Origin: an uncultured Woeseiaceae bacterium
GTDB lineage: Bacteria > Pseudomonadota > Gammaproteobacteria > Steroidobacterales > Woeseiaceae
DNA: 64,000 nucleotides
Reading direction: 5' to 3'
Assembly (NCBI GenBank): GCA_964615665.1
Contig: CAZTQL010000001.1
Location: forward strand, 7,977 to 71,976
Shown here: positions 30,717-41,606 of the stretch, in pieces
Position numbering within the stretch: position 1 is the first letter of the stretch
Layout of the letters: the number at the start of each line of letters is the position of its first letter
Program-made: the position numbers and the translations under genes
Notes under the pieces: generated by a model
The model's input: only the letters and a program-made list of their open reading frames with translations
Database searches by the model: none
What the model was told of the DNA's origin: nothing

Positions 30717-32891
30717 TCAGGTCGTCCCGTCATCCTCGGTAACCGCGAACCCCCGGCCCTCAAGCAGTGGCTCGATGCTGGGATCCCGGCCGCGGAAATT
30801 GCGATACAGCTCATCAGCTTCAAGCGATGCGCCTGCTTCATAGACCCATTTCCTCAGCCGCGCCGCTGTCTCCGGATCGAATATGTCCTCCGCCTGTTTG
30901 AAAGCGGCAAATCCGTCCGAATCCAGGATTTCAGACCACAGGTAGGCGTAGTAGCCAGCCGAGTAGCCGCCGGCAAAAATGTGGCTGAAGTACTGTGACC
31001 GATAGCGAGGCTCGATCTCGTCGATCAGGCCGTATTCACTCAGTACTTCTTGCTCGAAGGCACGTGCATCGGTGAGTTCAGCCGCTTCAGCCGATGTGAG
31101 CATGTGCCAGCGCAGATCGAGCAACGATGCCGCAATGTATTCGGTAGTCTTGAAGCCCTGGTTGAAGTTCGCTGCAACTCGCATACGCTCGACAAGTGCC
31201 GTCGGGATCACGTCGCCGGTCGCGTAATGTCGTGCATAGATTGCAAGCATCTCCGGCTCGGCCGTCCAATGCTCCATTATCTGCGACGGAAACTCTATGT
31301 AATCACGCGGACCGCCGCTGGTACCGGCGAACATCGAGTAATCAGCCTGAGTCATGAGACCGTGCAGACCGTGCCCGAACTCGTGGAACAGCGTCTCCAC
31401 TTCTGAGAAACGCATCAACGTCGGATCGCCTTCCGGAGGCGTGGGCAGATTCAGGTTGTTAGTCACGATGGGCCGGATGTTCTCGTCATTGACATTCGAT
31501 GCATTGCGATAGCTGCTCATCCATGCACCGCCGCGTTTCGAATCACGGGCGTACATATCTGCCATGAAAAGGCCGAGGTGCTCGCCATCGGCGTCTTTCA
31601 CCTCGTACGATGTAACGACCGGATTCCAACCCTGCACATCGACCGGTTCGAACGTCAGGCCGAACAAGCGGTTCGCAACCTCAAAAGCACCGGCACGCAC
31701 GGCCTCGAGAGCGAAATACGGCTTGGTCGCATTTTCGTCCAGATCGAAACGCGCTTTCCTGACCATTTCCGCGTAATGCCACCAATCGTGGCCCGCGATT
31801 TTGAATTCGTCACCGACCAGGTCCTGCATATCGGCCAGCTCTTCATTGGCTCGCGCCAATCCCGGGCGCCAAACACGCAGCAGGAAGTCTTCAGCCGCCT
31901 GGGGCGTTTTCGCCATGCGTGTTTCGAGTTGGTAGTGCGCGTGCGACTTATAGCCCATGAGCTCGGCGCGCTTCGCCCGCAGCTGGGCAAGCTTGATCGC
32001 GATCGCACCGTTATCGTAGTCGCCGGACGACGCACGCAAGCGATAACCGTCGAACAGCTGCTGCCGCAGTTCCCGCACTTCCGATTGCGTCATGAACGTC
32101 TCGTACGAGGATCGGCTCAAACCGACAACCCACGCCCCCTCTTCCCCGTTCCAGACTGCCGCTTTGAAATCATCGCTCAGGCCAGCCGTCTGCGCCTCGT
32201 CCGTAATTTTGAGTTTGAAGGCGTTCGTCGCGGCGAGGAGATTCTGGCCAAACTCTGTGGTTAGTACGGAAATTTCTGAGTTGATGTTCGCGATCTGTGC
32301 TTTGACCTCAGGATCGAGCGCGGCGCCGGCACGCACGAAACTGCGATGCTGAAGCTCGAGCAAGCGCGCGTCCTGCTCATTCAGGTCGAGGCTGTCCCGC
32401 TGCTCGTAGACGCTTCGAATCCGCTCAAACAACGTCGCATTCAGTGTGATCGCGTCATATTCACGGGTCAGCAGCGGATAAATTTCGGTTTCCAGTGCGC
32501 GCAATTCATCATCGAGCTCGGTGCCAGTGATATTGCCAAAAGTCGTCGAAACCCGTTCCAGCGTTTTGCCGGCAAGCTCCTGCGCGACGATCGTGTTCTC
32601 GAAAGTTGGCGGCTCGGGATTCTCCGCAATCGCCTTAATTTCCTCTCGAAGCTCAAGAATGCCCTTTTTGATAGCCGGCATGTAATGGGTATTTTCGATT
32701 TCGCTAAACGGCGGAACCCCGTACGGTGTATCCCACTCCATCATGAACGGATTGCCGCTCAGCTCCGCATCGGTCACCACAATTACATCATCCGCCACGG
32801 TCGCCTCGCCGGTCTTTTCGCTCTCATTACTGCCGCAAGCGCCAAGCGCCGCGAACACGAGTGAGAGCCAGAACAACTTGCTGATTTTCAT
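30717..32891 (-). CDS. dcp: M3-family peptidyl-dipeptidase (Dcp-like), lipoprotein
   Basis: 724 aa. Lipobox ALGAC and an HEFGH zinc motif, with full-length M3A similarity. Confidence 0.88.
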   Translation of the reverse strand: MKISKLFWLSLVFAALGACGSNESEKTGEATVADDVIVVTDAELSGNPFMMEWDTPYGVPPFSEIENTHYMPAIKKGILELREEIKAIAENPEPPTFENTIVAQELAGKTLERVSTTFGNITGTELDDELRALETEIYPLLTREYDAITLNATLFERIRSVYEQRDSLDLNEQDARLLELQHRSFVRAGAALDPEVKAQIANINSEISVLTTEFGQNLLAATNAFKLKITDEAQTAGLSDDFKAAVWNGEEGAWVVGLSRSSYETFMTQSEVRELRQQLFDGYRLRASSGDYDNGAIAIKLAQLRAKRAELMGYKSHAHYQLETRMAKTPQAAEDFLLRVWRPGLARANEELADMQDLVGDEFKIAGHDWWHYAEMVRKARFDLDENATKPYFALEAVRAGAFEVANRLFGLTFEPVDVQGWNPVVTSYEVKDADGEHLGLFMADMYARDSKRGGAWMSSYRNASNVNDENIRPIVTNNLNLPTPPEGDPTLMRFSEVETLFHEFGHGLHGLMTQADYSMFAGTSGGPRDYIEFPSQIMEHWTAEPEMLAIYARHYATGDVIPTALVERMRVAANFNQGFKTTEYIAASLLDLRWHMLTSAEAAELTDARAFEQEVLSEYGLIDEIEPRYRSQYFSHIFAGGYSAGYYAYLWSEILDSDGFAAFKQAEDIFDPETAARLRKWVYEAGASLEADELYRNFRGRDPSIEPLLEGRGFAVTEDDGTT

Positions 32892-33108
32892 AGCCCTACA
32901 TCCTCAATCAAGAATAGCGGCCAGAGCGCTTCTACCGCGCCCGCATCCGCACACAGCAGCCAATTGTACAAGGTCTCGAGGGGTGAAACCTAGTCACACA
33001 CTCTTATCGGAAAGCGCGTATGTAACTCTGGGTTTTTTCCGGTATAACTGGGCCCCGGTAACGAACCTGCGGCTGCCGTCCAGCCGCCAATTAACGCAGG
33101 AATGCACG

Positions 33109-34089
33109 ATGGCTCAAGATACGACCCGACCGATGGATCCGGTAGCGGAGGATTTCGCCGGCGAATCGTTGTCGAAAGCCTTGAAGCGTTCTTTCCACGC
33201 GACCCGCCCAAAATTCTTCCCGGCCTCTGTTTTGCCCGTTCTGGCCGGGACCGCCTGGGGTGTCATGGTCACGGGCCGCATCGATATTCTCGTTTTTTTG
33301 CTGGCGCTGCTGGCAACCGTCTGTGTGCATGCCGCGAGTAATGTCCTGAATGACGTCGGTGATGAAATCATCGGCACCGACCGGCGTAATGACAAGCGGA
33401 TTTATCCCTATACGGGCGGCTCGCGGTTCATTCAGACCGGCATCCTGTCGCAGTCGCGGATGGCACGCCTCGGCACGGCACTGCTTGTTGTCGCATCGCT
33501 GGCGGGCATCGCCCTGTTCGTCCAAAAAGGTCCGGTCGTATTGCTATTCGGTCTCGCCGGTATCGCGCTTGCCGTGTTGTATTCCCTTGGACCGGTAAAA
33601 TTAAGCGCGCTGGGTCTTGGTGAGATGTCTATTGTTGTCGCCTTCGGCGTTTTGCCGGTCAGTGGCGCAGCGTGGCTGCAGGGCGCGACTATCGACACCG
33701 CGCTGCTGTTATTTTCGTTGCCGGTCGGCATCTGGGTATCCGCCATTCTCCTGATCAACGAGGTACCGGATATAGAAGCTGACGGTGCTTGCGGCAAGAA
33801 CACGTTGCCGGTGCGGATGGGCTTGGCCAAGACGGCGAATCTGTACTTATTTATGCATATTGCCGCGGCGGCCATCGTCGTCTGGTTGGCAATACGAGGG
33901 TTCTTGCCGATGTTCACGCCGGTCGTGCCGATCCTGTTATTGGTCCTGGCCTGGCGCGCGTCGGCGGGTATTCGTGTCGGCGTTGAGAATCGCGAGTCCA
34001 TGACTCAGGCGATCGAATCGACACTAGCCATTCAAACGGTGGGCTGCCTTTGGCTCGTCGGTTGTTCCCTTTTTGCCTTGTGGTGGTAA
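33109..34089 (+). CDS. menA: 1,4-dihydroxy-2-naphthoate polyprenyltransferase (menaquinone biosynthesis)
   Basis: ATG at 33109. Three stretches parallel E. coli MenA motifs as I recall them: NVLNDVGDEIIGTD (NLANDYGDAVKGSD), GLGEMSIVVAFG (GLGDISVLVFFG) and DIEADGACGKNTLPVRMG (DINSDRENGKNTLVVRLG). The upstream 122 codons of the ORF overlap dcp and were rejected. Confidence 0.8.
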   Translation: MAQDTTRPMDPVAEDFAGESLSKALKRSFHATRPKFFPASVLPVLAGTAWGVMVTGRIDILVFLLALLATVCVHAASNVLNDVGDEIIGTDRRNDKRIYPYTGGSRFIQTGILSQSRMARLGTALLVVASLAGIALFVQKGPVVLLFGLAGIALAVLYSLGPVKLSALGLGEMSIVVAFGVLPVSGAAWLQGATIDTALLLFSLPVGIWVSAILLINEVPDIEADGACGKNTLPVRMGLAKTANLYLFMHIAAAAIVVWLAIRGFLPMFTPVVPILLLVLAWRASAGIRVGVENRESMTQAIESTLAIQTVGCLWLVGCSLFALWW

Positions 34090-34109
34090 GCAACCAGTAG
34101 CGATTTCCT

Positions 34110-35456
34110 ATGCTGTTCAAAATAAAGAAAGGCCTGAATATTCCCCTGGCCGGGGCGCCCGAACAGAGCATCAGCGAGGGGGCAACAATCGGCTCCGTTG
34201 CCTTGCTCGGTCCAAGTACCAACGACCTCAAGCCGGGCATGCTGGTGCGCGAGGGAGACCACGTCAAACTCGGCCAGCCCCTGTTTCATGACAAACAGAA
34301 TCCGGGCGTACGATTCACATCGCCTGGCAGCGGTGTAGTCGCGGCGATCAATCGCGGTGAGCGCCGCGTACTGCAGTCTGTCGTGGTTCGACTGGAAGGT
34401 GACGACGAAGAGGTCTTTGACCGTTACGAGAGTTCGAAACTCGAGTCTCTGAGCGACGCCGACGTCCGCAAGAATCTGCTTGAATCGGGCTTGTGGACCG
34501 CGCTTCGGACGCGACCATACACCAAGATCCCGGCGCCCGATGCGGTTGCTGCTGCCGTGTTCGTCACTGCAATAGACACGCGACCGCTGGCGGCCGACCC
34601 GGCAGTGATCATCGAGTTCGACAAGGATGCTTTTGCACAGGGCTTGACAATCCTGTCGAAACTGACGGAGGGGTCTGTGTACGTCTGCACGGCTCCGAAC
34701 TCCGGAATAGAGTGCCCATCCAGCGAACCGTTCAAACACGCCGAGTTCGCCGGGCCGCACCCGGCAGGGCTGGCCGGCACACATATTCATCTGCTGGAAC
34801 CGGTCAGCGAATCAAAATCTGTCTGGCACATCGGCTACCAGGAAGTCATCGCGGTCGGCAAGTTGTTCGCGACCGGCCGGCTGCCGGTAGAGCGTGTGAT
34901 CGCGTTATGCGGGCCAAAGATCCTGAAGCCAAGGTTGATAACGACACGCCTCGGCGCGAGCACCAGCGACATTATTCGCGGCGAAACCGCCAGCGGCAAC
35001 GTGCGTGTTGTGGGCGGTTCGGTACTCGGTGGACATCGCGCCGCCGGCTGGGCAGGCTACCTGGGCCGGTACGAATACCAGGTATCGGTTCTACAGGAAG
35101 GCAATCCGCGTGAATTCCTGTCATTCATGCGACCGGGTATCGGTAAGTTTTCGCTGTCGCGCGCGTTCTTCGGCAAAGTTTTCAGCAAAGGCGGCTACCG
35201 CATCACTACGTCACAGAACGGCAGCCCCCGCGCCATGGTATCGACCGGCAGCTTCGAGCAGGTCATGCCGCTCGACATCCTGCCCACTCCACTACTGAAA
35301 GCACTGCTGGTACGCGATACGGATGGCGCGCGTGACCTTGGCTGCCTGGAACTTGACGAAGAAGATCTCTCACTATGCTCTTTTGTTTGCAACGGCAAGT
35401 ACCAGTATGGCACGCACTTGCGCAAGACTCTGCATGAGATCGAGGTGAACGGCTGA
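34110..35456 (+). CDS. nqrA: Na+-translocating NADH:quinone oxidoreductase subunit A
   Basis: The N-terminus MLFKIKKGLNIPLAGAP is canonical NqrA. It is the first gene of a six-gene nqr operon. Confidence 0.95.
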   Translation: MLFKIKKGLNIPLAGAPEQSISEGATIGSVALLGPSTNDLKPGMLVREGDHVKLGQPLFHDKQNPGVRFTSPGSGVVAAINRGERRVLQSVVVRLEGDDEEVFDRYESSKLESLSDADVRKNLLESGLWTALRTRPYTKIPAPDAVAAAVFVTAIDTRPLAADPAVIIEFDKDAFAQGLTILSKLTEGSVYVCTAPNSGIECPSSEPFKHAEFAGPHPAGLAGTHIHLLEPVSESKSVWHIGYQEVIAVGKLFATGRLPVERVIALCGPKILKPRLITTRLGASTSDIIRGETASGNVRVVGGSVLGGHRAAGWAGYLGRYEYQVSVLQEGNPREFLSFMRPGIGKFSLSRAFFGKVFSKGGYRITTSQNGSPRAMVSTGSFEQVMPLDILPTPLLKALLVRDTDGARDLGCLELDEEDLSLCSFVCNGKYQYGTHLRKTLHEIEVNG

Positions 35457-36664
35457 TGAAAAGACTGCGCTCATTCCTCGACCGACTTGAACCTCTGTTT
35501 ACGAAGGGCGGCCGATTCGAACAACTGCACGCGCTCTTCGAGGCGGTCGATACTTTCTTCTACTCACCACCGGACCTGGCTCGTGGTGCGCCGCACGTGC
35601 GCGACGCAATCGACCTGAAGCGCGTCATGATCCTCGTCGTGATCGCATCGGCACCGGCAGCACTGATCGGCATGTGGAACGTCGGCTTCCAGGCAAATAC
35701 GGCGCTGCAGGGAATGGGACTCATCAGCATCGACGGCTGGCGCGGCATGCTGTTGCCGCTGCTGGGCGCCGGTTACGACCCGGCGAGTGTCTACGACTGT
35801 TTCGTGCACGGCCTGCTGTACTTCCTGCCCATTTACGTCGTGACGATGGTCGTGGGCCTGTCCTGGGAAGTTCTGTTCGCAGGTGTGCGCAACCATGAAG
35901 TCAACGAGGGTTTCTTCGTAACAGGCTGGCTGTTCGCGCTGATCGTGCCGGCGACGATTCCTTTGTGGCAGGTCGCGGTGGGTATCAGCTTCGGCGTCAT
36001 CCTCGGTAAAGAAGTCTTCGGCGGTACTGGCAAGAACTTCCTTAATCCGGCGCTGGTCGCGCGCGCATTTCTGTATTTTGCCTACCCGGCGCAGCTGTCG
36101 GGCGATGCGGTCTGGACCGCAGTCGACGGTTTTAGCGGCGCAACCGCGCTTGGCATCAGTGCCATCGACGGTATGGCCGGCATCGCCGGCATCGGCCTCA
36201 CCTGGACGCAGGCGTTTGTCGGTCAGATGCAAGGCTCGCTCGGCGAAACGTCAGCGCTGGCCTGTTTGTTGGGTGCGGTGTTCCTGATTTACACGCGCAT
36301 CGCATCATGGCGGATCATTGTCGCTGTGTTCGCGGGCCTGATCATTCCGACGCTGTTATTCAGCAATCCTGACAGCGGCAATCCGATGATGTCGATGCCC
36401 TGGCACTGGCACATAGTGCTTGGCGGCTTTGCATTCGGTGCGGTATTTATGGCCACTGACCCGGTCAGCGCGGCACAGACGAATGCCGGCAAGTGGGCGT
36501 TCGGCCTGCTCATTGGATTCATGACCTGGCTCATTCGGGTGGTCAACCCGGCCTTTCCCGAAGGCATCATGCTCGCCATTCTCTTCGCCAATATTTTCGC
36601 GCCCGTTATCGATCACTTTGTGATTCGGGCGAACGTCAAACGGAGGCTGAAACGCAGTGTCTGA
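35456..36664 (+). CDS. nqrB: Na+-NQR subunit B
   Basis: Polytopic protein with the FMN-attachment region GFSGATALG and operon position. Confidence 0.95.
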   Translation: MKRLRSFLDRLEPLFTKGGRFEQLHALFEAVDTFFYSPPDLARGAPHVRDAIDLKRVMILVVIASAPAALIGMWNVGFQANTALQGMGLISIDGWRGMLLPLLGAGYDPASVYDCFVHGLLYFLPIYVVTMVVGLSWEVLFAGVRNHEVNEGFFVTGWLFALIVPATIPLWQVAVGISFGVILGKEVFGGTGKNFLNPALVARAFLYFAYPAQLSGDAVWTAVDGFSGATALGISAIDGMAGIAGIGLTWTQAFVGQMQGSLGETSALACLLGAVFLIYTRIASWRIIVAVFAGLIIPTLLFSNPDSGNPMMSMPWHWHIVLGGFAFGAVFMATDPVSAAQTNAGKWAFGLLIGFMTWLIRVVNPAFPEGIMLAILFANIFAPVIDHFVIRANVKRRLKRSV

Positions 36665-37448
36665 AGAACGTCAGTTTGATCGCGACAGCATTTCAAACAC
36701 GCTGATCGTCGCTATTGGATTAAGTCTCGTTTGTTCGATTATTGTGGCGAGCGCGGCCGTTGTGTTGAAGCCCATACAGGTCAAGAACGAAGAGGAGTTC
36801 CGGCAAAAGATCATCCTCGAAGTTGCTGGACTGATGCAACCTGGCGGCGACATCAATGAACTGTTCGGTGCCATTGAAACGCGCATGGTTGAACTCGAGA
36901 GCGGCACCTATACCGAAGCGATTGATGCCGGCAGTTTCGATGCACTGATGGCGGCCAGTGATCCTGCCCTGGGGCTGTCCATACCAGAGGAACTGGATAT
37001 CGCCGGCATTCGAAAACGAGCAAAATATGCGCCGGTATACCTGGTGCGTAACAACGGCGATCTCGAGCAAATCATTCTGCCGGTCTACGGCAAGGGCTTA
37101 TGGTCGACCATGCTCGGCTACCTGTCGCTCGCCAGCGACGGCACGACGATCAAAGGCTTGCGCTTTTACGCACACGCCGAAACACCGGGCCTTGGCGACC
37201 AGATCGACAAACCCGAGTGGCGCGATCAATGGATCGGCAAGCAGGTCTTTGAGCTCGGCGACATGCCGAAGATCGAGGTGATCCGGGGTCCCGTACCAGC
37301 TGATTCGCCGGACATCGACTACCAGATTGATGGCCTCTCGGGCGCGACGCTGACCGGCCGCGGAGTTACCTACCTGGTGCAGTACTGGACGGGGCCGCAT
37401 GGCTTCGGACCCTACCTGAAAACGTATCGTGAAGCAGAGGCCGGCTGA
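36657..37448 (+). CDS. nqrC: Na+-NQR subunit C
   Basis: GTG start with GGAGG upstream, a single TM helix and the FMN-attachment motif [12 protein letters not shown]. Confidence 0.93.
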   Translation: MSEERQFDRDSISNTLIVAIGLSLVCSIIVASAAVVLKPIQVKNEEEFRQKIILEVAGLMQPGGDINELFGAIETRMVELESGTYTEAIDAGSFDALMAASDPALGLSIPEELDIAGIRKRAKYAPVYLVRNNGDLEQIILPVYGKGLWSTMLGYLSLASDGTTIKGLRFYAHAETPGLGDQIDKPEWRDQWIGKQVFELGDMPKIEVIRGPVPADSPDIDYQIDGLSGATLTGRGVTYLVQYWTGPHGFGPYLKTYREAEAG

Positions 37449-37450
37449 CC

Positions 37451-38110
37451 ATGAGTGAAGTACGCAAAGTCATCATCGACCCGCTCGTCGACAACAACCC
37501 CGTAACGTTGCAGATGCTTGGCATCTGCTCGGCTCTCGCCGTCACAACGTCGTTGCTGCCGGCACTGCTGATGTGCATCGCGCTGACCAGCGTCGCCGCG
37601 TTATCAGGTGCGGCCATCAGCGCCCTGCGTCACCGTATCCCGAACAATATTCGCATCATCGTGCACATGACGATCATCGCTTCGCTCGTCATCCTGACCG
37701 ACCAGTTGCTCAAAGCGTATGCGTTCGAGACCAGCAAGCAGCTGTCCGTATTCGTCGGCCTGATTATCACGAACTGTATCGTGCTGGGCCGCGCGGAAGC
37801 CTTTGCCATGAAGAACGGCGTCGTCATGAGTTTCCTGGACGGGCTCGGTAACGGCCTCGGCTACAGTGTGATACTGATCGCTGTCGCTACGATTCGCGAA
37901 TTGCTGGGCGCCGGCACCTTGCTCGGCTACCCGATACTGCCACTGACATCGAACGGCGGCTGGTACGAAGCGAACGGCATGATGCTGCTACCGCCGAGTG
38001 CGTTTTTTGTCATCGGCGTATTGATCTGGGTCATTCGTACCTGGCGTAAGCAGCAGGTCGAGAAACCAGATTATCAAATTCACGAAGTACATCGAACGGA
38101 CGTTTACTGA
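37451..38110 (+). CDS. nqrD: Na+-NQR subunit D
   Basis: [18 protein letters not shown] is typical of the NqrD/RnfE family; operon position agrees. Confidence 0.95.
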   Translation: MSEVRKVIIDPLVDNNPVTLQMLGICSALAVTTSLLPALLMCIALTSVAALSGAAISALRHRIPNNIRIIVHMTIIASLVILTDQLLKAYAFETSKQLSVFVGLIITNCIVLGRAEAFAMKNGVVMSFLDGLGNGLGYSVILIAVATIRELLGAGTLLGYPILPLTSNGGWYEANGMMLLPPSAFFVIGVLIWVIRTWRKQQVEKPDYQIHEVHRTDVY

Positions 38111-38718
38111 TGGAAGCCTACGTCAATCTATTTATCACAGCGGCCTTCGTCGAGAACCTGGCACTCGCCTTCTTCCTCGGCATGTGCACGTTCCTCGCCA
38201 TCTCGAAACGCGTGGAAACCGCCGTGGGTCTGGGTGTCGCGGTCGTGGCCGTGCAAACGATCACGGTTCCCGTCAATCACCTGATCTTCAAATACCTGCT
38301 CGCTGACGGCGCGCTTGCCTGGGCAGGGTTGCCCGATGTCGACCTGAGTTTCTTAGGATTAGTCAGTTACATCGGCGTTATCGCCGCGCTGGTGCAAATC
38401 CTCGAGATGACGCTCGACCGATACGTCCCCAAACTCTACAACGCGCTGGGTATTTTCCTGCCGCTGATCACCGTCAACTGCGCCATCCTCGGCGGCACGC
38501 TGTTCATGGTGGAGCGGCAGTACGACTTGGGACAGAGCGTCGTCTATGGCATCGGCAGCGGCGCCGGCTGGGCCATCGCGTTGATCGCGCTTGCCGGCAT
38601 TCGCGAGAAACTGAAGTACAGCGACGTGCCGGACGGGCTGCAGGGACTCGGTATTACTTTCATCATCGTCGGCCTCATGTCGCTCGGCTTCATGGGCTTC
38701 TCGGGTATTCAGTTGTGA
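38110..38718 (+). CDS. nqrE: Na+-NQR subunit E
   Basis: [16 protein letters not shown] is typical of the NqrE/RnfA family; operon position agrees. Confidence 0.95.
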   Translation: MEAYVNLFITAAFVENLALAFFLGMCTFLAISKRVETAVGLGVAVVAVQTITVPVNHLIFKYLLADGALAWAGLPDVDLSFLGLVSYIGVIAALVQILEMTLDRYVPKLYNALGIFLPLITVNCAILGGTLFMVERQYDLGQSVVYGIGSGAGWAIALIALAGIREKLKYSDVPDGLQGLGITFIIVGLMSLGFMGFSGIQL

Positions 38719-39959
38719 ACATAGATTCTGCAGTTATCACCCAGGTCTTGCTTGGCGTTGGTCTGTTTACGACCATCGTCCTTGTACTGGTGTTCGTCAT
38801 CCTGGCTGCACGCAGCAAACTCGTTGCGGTTGGCGACGTCACGGTAACGGTCAATGATGAGCTGAAGCTTGGCATTCCGGTCGGCTCAAAACTGATGCAG
38901 GGCCTCGCTGACGCCGACCTGTTCGTGCCCTCCGCCTGTGGCGGCGGCGGTTCCTGTGGGCAGTGCCGCGTACGCGTCCTGTCGGGCGGCGGTGCGATCC
39001 TGCCGACGGAACTCTCCGTCATTAACAAGCGCGATGCCGCGGACCACTACCGCCTGTCGTGCCAGGTCGCGGTCAAACAGGACATGGAAGTGCAAGTGCC
39101 GGACGAGGTTTTCGGCGTCAAACGTTACGACTGCACGGTTGTTTCCAACGGTAACGTCGCGAGCTTCATCAAGGAGCTGGTGGTCGCGCTGCCCGAGGGT
39201 GAAGAGCTTGAGTTTCGGGCCGGCGGTTACATCCAGATCGAATGCCCGCCGCACCACCTCAAATACAGTGACTTCGACATTGATGAGCAGTTTCGCGACG
39301 AATGGGATCGTTACAACCTGTGGCGCTTCGAGTCGCACGTGAAGAAACCCGAAATACGCGCGTACTCAATGGCGAGTTATCCGGAAGAAAAAACCGTCAT
39401 AAAACTCAACGTGCGTATCGCGACACCTCCGCCTGGTGCAGACGACTCGATTCCGCCCGGCGTCATGTCATCGTACATTTTCAACCTGAAGCCTGGCGAT
39501 CACACGGTTATTTCGGGCCCTTATGGCGAGTTCTTTGCCAAGGAAACGGACAACGAGATGGTCTTCATCGGCGGTGGCGCCGGCATGGCGCCGATGCGGG
39601 CACATATCTTCGACCAGCTGAAGCGACGCCACAGCAAGCGCAAGATGACTTTCTGGTATGGCGCACGCAGTCTCAAGGAGATGTTCTACAAAGAAGAGTT
39701 CGACGAACTCGACGAACTCAACGACAACTTCAAGTGGCACCTGGCCCTGTCTGAGCCGCAGCCTGAAGATAACTGGGACGGGCTCACCGGTTTCATCCAT
39801 CAGGTACTGCTCGACGAGTACCTCAGCGAGCACTCGGCACCCGAGGACTGCGAATACTATCTCTGCGGACCGCCGATGATGAACAGCGCCGTCGTCAAAA
39901 TGCTGGACAGCCTGGGCGTGCCGAAGGAAAACATTCTGCTCGACGACTTTGGCGGATAG
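38715..39959 (+). CDS. nqrF: Na+-NQR subunit F (2Fe-2S, FAD, NADH-binding)
   Basis: N-terminal TM helix, ferredoxin motif [12 protein letters not shown], the RAYSMAS FAD motif and a [11 protein letters not shown]-binding site. Confidence 0.95.
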   Translation: MNIDSAVITQVLLGVGLFTTIVLVLVFVILAARSKLVAVGDVTVTVNDELKLGIPVGSKLMQGLADADLFVPSACGGGGSCGQCRVRVLSGGGAILPTELSVINKRDAADHYRLSCQVAVKQDMEVQVPDEVFGVKRYDCTVVSNGNVASFIKELVVALPEGEELEFRAGGYIQIECPPHHLKYSDFDIDEQFRDEWDRYNLWRFESHVKKPEIRAYSMASYPEEKTVIKLNVRIATPPPGADDSIPPGVMSSYIFNLKPGDHTVISGPYGEFFAKETDNEMVFIGGGAGMAPMRAHIFDQLKRRHSKRKMTFWYGARSLKEMFYKEEFDELDELNDNFKWHLALSEPQPEDNWDGLTGFIHQVLLDEYLSEHSAPEDCEYYLCGPPMMNSAVVKMLDSLGVPKENILLDDFGG

Positions 39960-39965
39960 CCTCGC

Positions 39966-40985
39966 GTGAGCTCGACGCTTCGTTATTGCGTGCCGTTGCT
40001 CACATTGTTGCTGGCTGCCTGCGGCGGCGAGGAGCGTCTGCCCGAGTACCGGTTAACCGGCAGCACGATGGGCACGACGTACAGCGTGAAGCTAATAGCG
40101 CCGGGCGACAGCATCGACAAAGACGACCTGCAATCACGCATTACTGAGACGCTGGCGGCTGTCGACAAGCTGACGTCAACGTGGCGCGACGATTCAGAGC
40201 TCTCGCAGTTCAATGCCAATCAGAGTACCGGTTGGATCGATGTCTCTGCCGGGTTCTGCATCGCAATCGAAAGTGCCCTCGCCATCAGCCGCGCGAGCGA
40301 CGGCGCATTCGATATCACGGTCGGGCCGCTGGTTAACCTCTGGGGTTTCGGGCCGGACGGCGAACGTCAGGAACCACCGGACACCGACGTCCTTGAGGGC
40401 GTGATGGCTGATGTCGGCTTTGAAGGTATAGAACCGGGCTGCGACCGGCCCGCCGTCCGTAAGCGTAGCGGCGGCATGTACATCGACCTGTCCGGCTGGG
40501 CGAAGGGCTACGGCGTTGATCAGGTCGCCGCGGTACTCGACGACTACGCGCTAAAGGACTATCTTGTTGAAATCGGCGGTGAATTGCGGATGCGCGGCCA
40601 AAATGCCGAAGGCAGAAAATGGGCCATCGCGATCGAAACGCCGTCAACAACGACGCGCCAACCGCAGTCAGTGCTGCGCCTGACCGATACGAGCGTGGCG
40701 ACATCCGGTGATTACAGGAACTACTTTGAGCATGACGGCAAGCATTATTCCCACACGATCGACGCGCGCACCGGGCGCCCCGTCACTCACGACCTGGCGG
40801 CAGTCACGGTGATTAGCGAAACGGCCGCTTACGCCGACGCAATGGCCACCGCGCTGCTGGTGCTTGGCCCGGACAACGGACTGACGCTTGCAGAAGATCT
40901 TGGCATCGCCGGGTATTTTCTGGTACGCAACAAAACTGGCATTAAAGAAATAACAACTTCGAGCTTTGACCTTATGGGAAACTGA
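39966..40985 (+). CDS. apbE: FAD:protein FMN transferase (flavin-trafficking lipoprotein)
   Basis: Lipobox LLAAC. ApbE family motifs include MGTTYSVK, GAFDITVGPLVNLWGFG, WAKGY and SGDY. Confidence 0.92.
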   Translation: MSSTLRYCVPLLTLLLAACGGEERLPEYRLTGSTMGTTYSVKLIAPGDSIDKDDLQSRITETLAAVDKLTSTWRDDSELSQFNANQSTGWIDVSAGFCIAIESALAISRASDGAFDITVGPLVNLWGFGPDGERQEPPDTDVLEGVMADVGFEGIEPGCDRPAVRKRSGGMYIDLSGWAKGYGVDQVAAVLDDYALKDYLVEIGGELRMRGQNAEGRKWAIAIETPSTTTRQPQSVLRLTDTSVATSGDYRNYFEHDGKHYSHTIDARTGRPVTHDLAAVTVISETAAYADAMATALLVLGPDNGLTLAEDLGIAGYFLVRNKTGIKEITTSSFDLMGN

Positions 40986-41197
40986 TGACCACTGTTGTAA
41001 CCACTTTGATATTGAGTTTCCTGGTAATCCTGCTGGTCATTACCGGCATGAGCATCGGAGTTATGAACGGTCGCCGCGCCATCAGCGGTAGCTGTGGCGG
41101 CTTGAATAACGGCCGTTGCGAGCTGTGTAGCGGCGATGGTAACTGCCGCAAGAAACGCGCGCAGTCGCGCGAACAATCGGACGGAGAATCCGCATGA
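40985..41197 (+). CDS. nqrM: (Na+)-NQR maturation factor NqrM
   Basis: 70 aa with a single TM helix and the Cys-rich motif SGSCGGLNNGRCELCSGDGNC. The ATG overlaps the apbE stop. Confidence 0.85.
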   Translation: MTTVVTTLILSFLVILLVITGMSIGVMNGRRAISGSCGGLNNGRCELCSGDGNCRKKRAQSREQSDGESA

Positions 41198-41598
41198 TTA
41201 TGAAATCCTGTGTGGTTAAGGACTACATGGCGCGAACGCTTGTGACCTTCAAACCGGAAACTGAAGTACTGGACGCAATACACGAGTTGGTCAAACACCG
41301 TATTGCCGGTGCACCGGTTGTTGATGACGAAGGCAACCTCCTCGGCATGCTATCGGAACTCGACTGCATGAAGGTCGCGTTGAATGCCGGCTATCACGGC
41401 AACTCGGGCGGACCCGTGCGTGACTTCATGAGCGATGGTGTCAAAACCGTGGACGCGGAGATGAGCATCATCGACCTCGCGCAGCTGTTCATTAACTCTC
41501 GGTTTCGGCGTTTTCCGGTCATTCAGAAAACCCGGCTGGTCGGGCAGATCAGTCGCCGCGATGTGTTACGCGCGCTGGAGTCCCTGACGCAGAGTTAG
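41194..41598 (+). CDS. CBS-domain pair protein
   Basis: 134 aa with two CBS repeats (HRIAGAPVVDDEGNLLGMLSE and RFRRFPVIQKTRLVGQISRRDV). Confidence 0.85.
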   Translation: MIMKSCVVKDYMARTLVTFKPETEVLDAIHELVKHRIAGAPVVDDEGNLLGMLSELDCMKVALNAGYHGNSGGPVRDFMSDGVKTVDAEMSIIDLAQLFINSRFRRFPVIQKTRLVGQISRRDVLRALESLTQS

Positions 41599-41606
41599 CC
41601 TGATCG

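Noticed and set aside
31578-32864. + strand ORFs 31578..32264 and 32346..32864
   Set aside because: They are antisense to the M3 peptidase (dcp) gene, which has the HEFGH motif and full-length family similarity.
32743-33108. N-terminal 122-codon extension of the menA ORF
   Set aside because: It overlaps the 5' end of the convergently oriented dcp gene and a non-coding gap. MenA homology and a sensible N-terminus begin at the ATG at 33109.
34032-34790. 252-aa minus-strand ORF overlapping the menA end and nqrA
   Set aside because: It is antisense to canonical nqrA and has no motifs.
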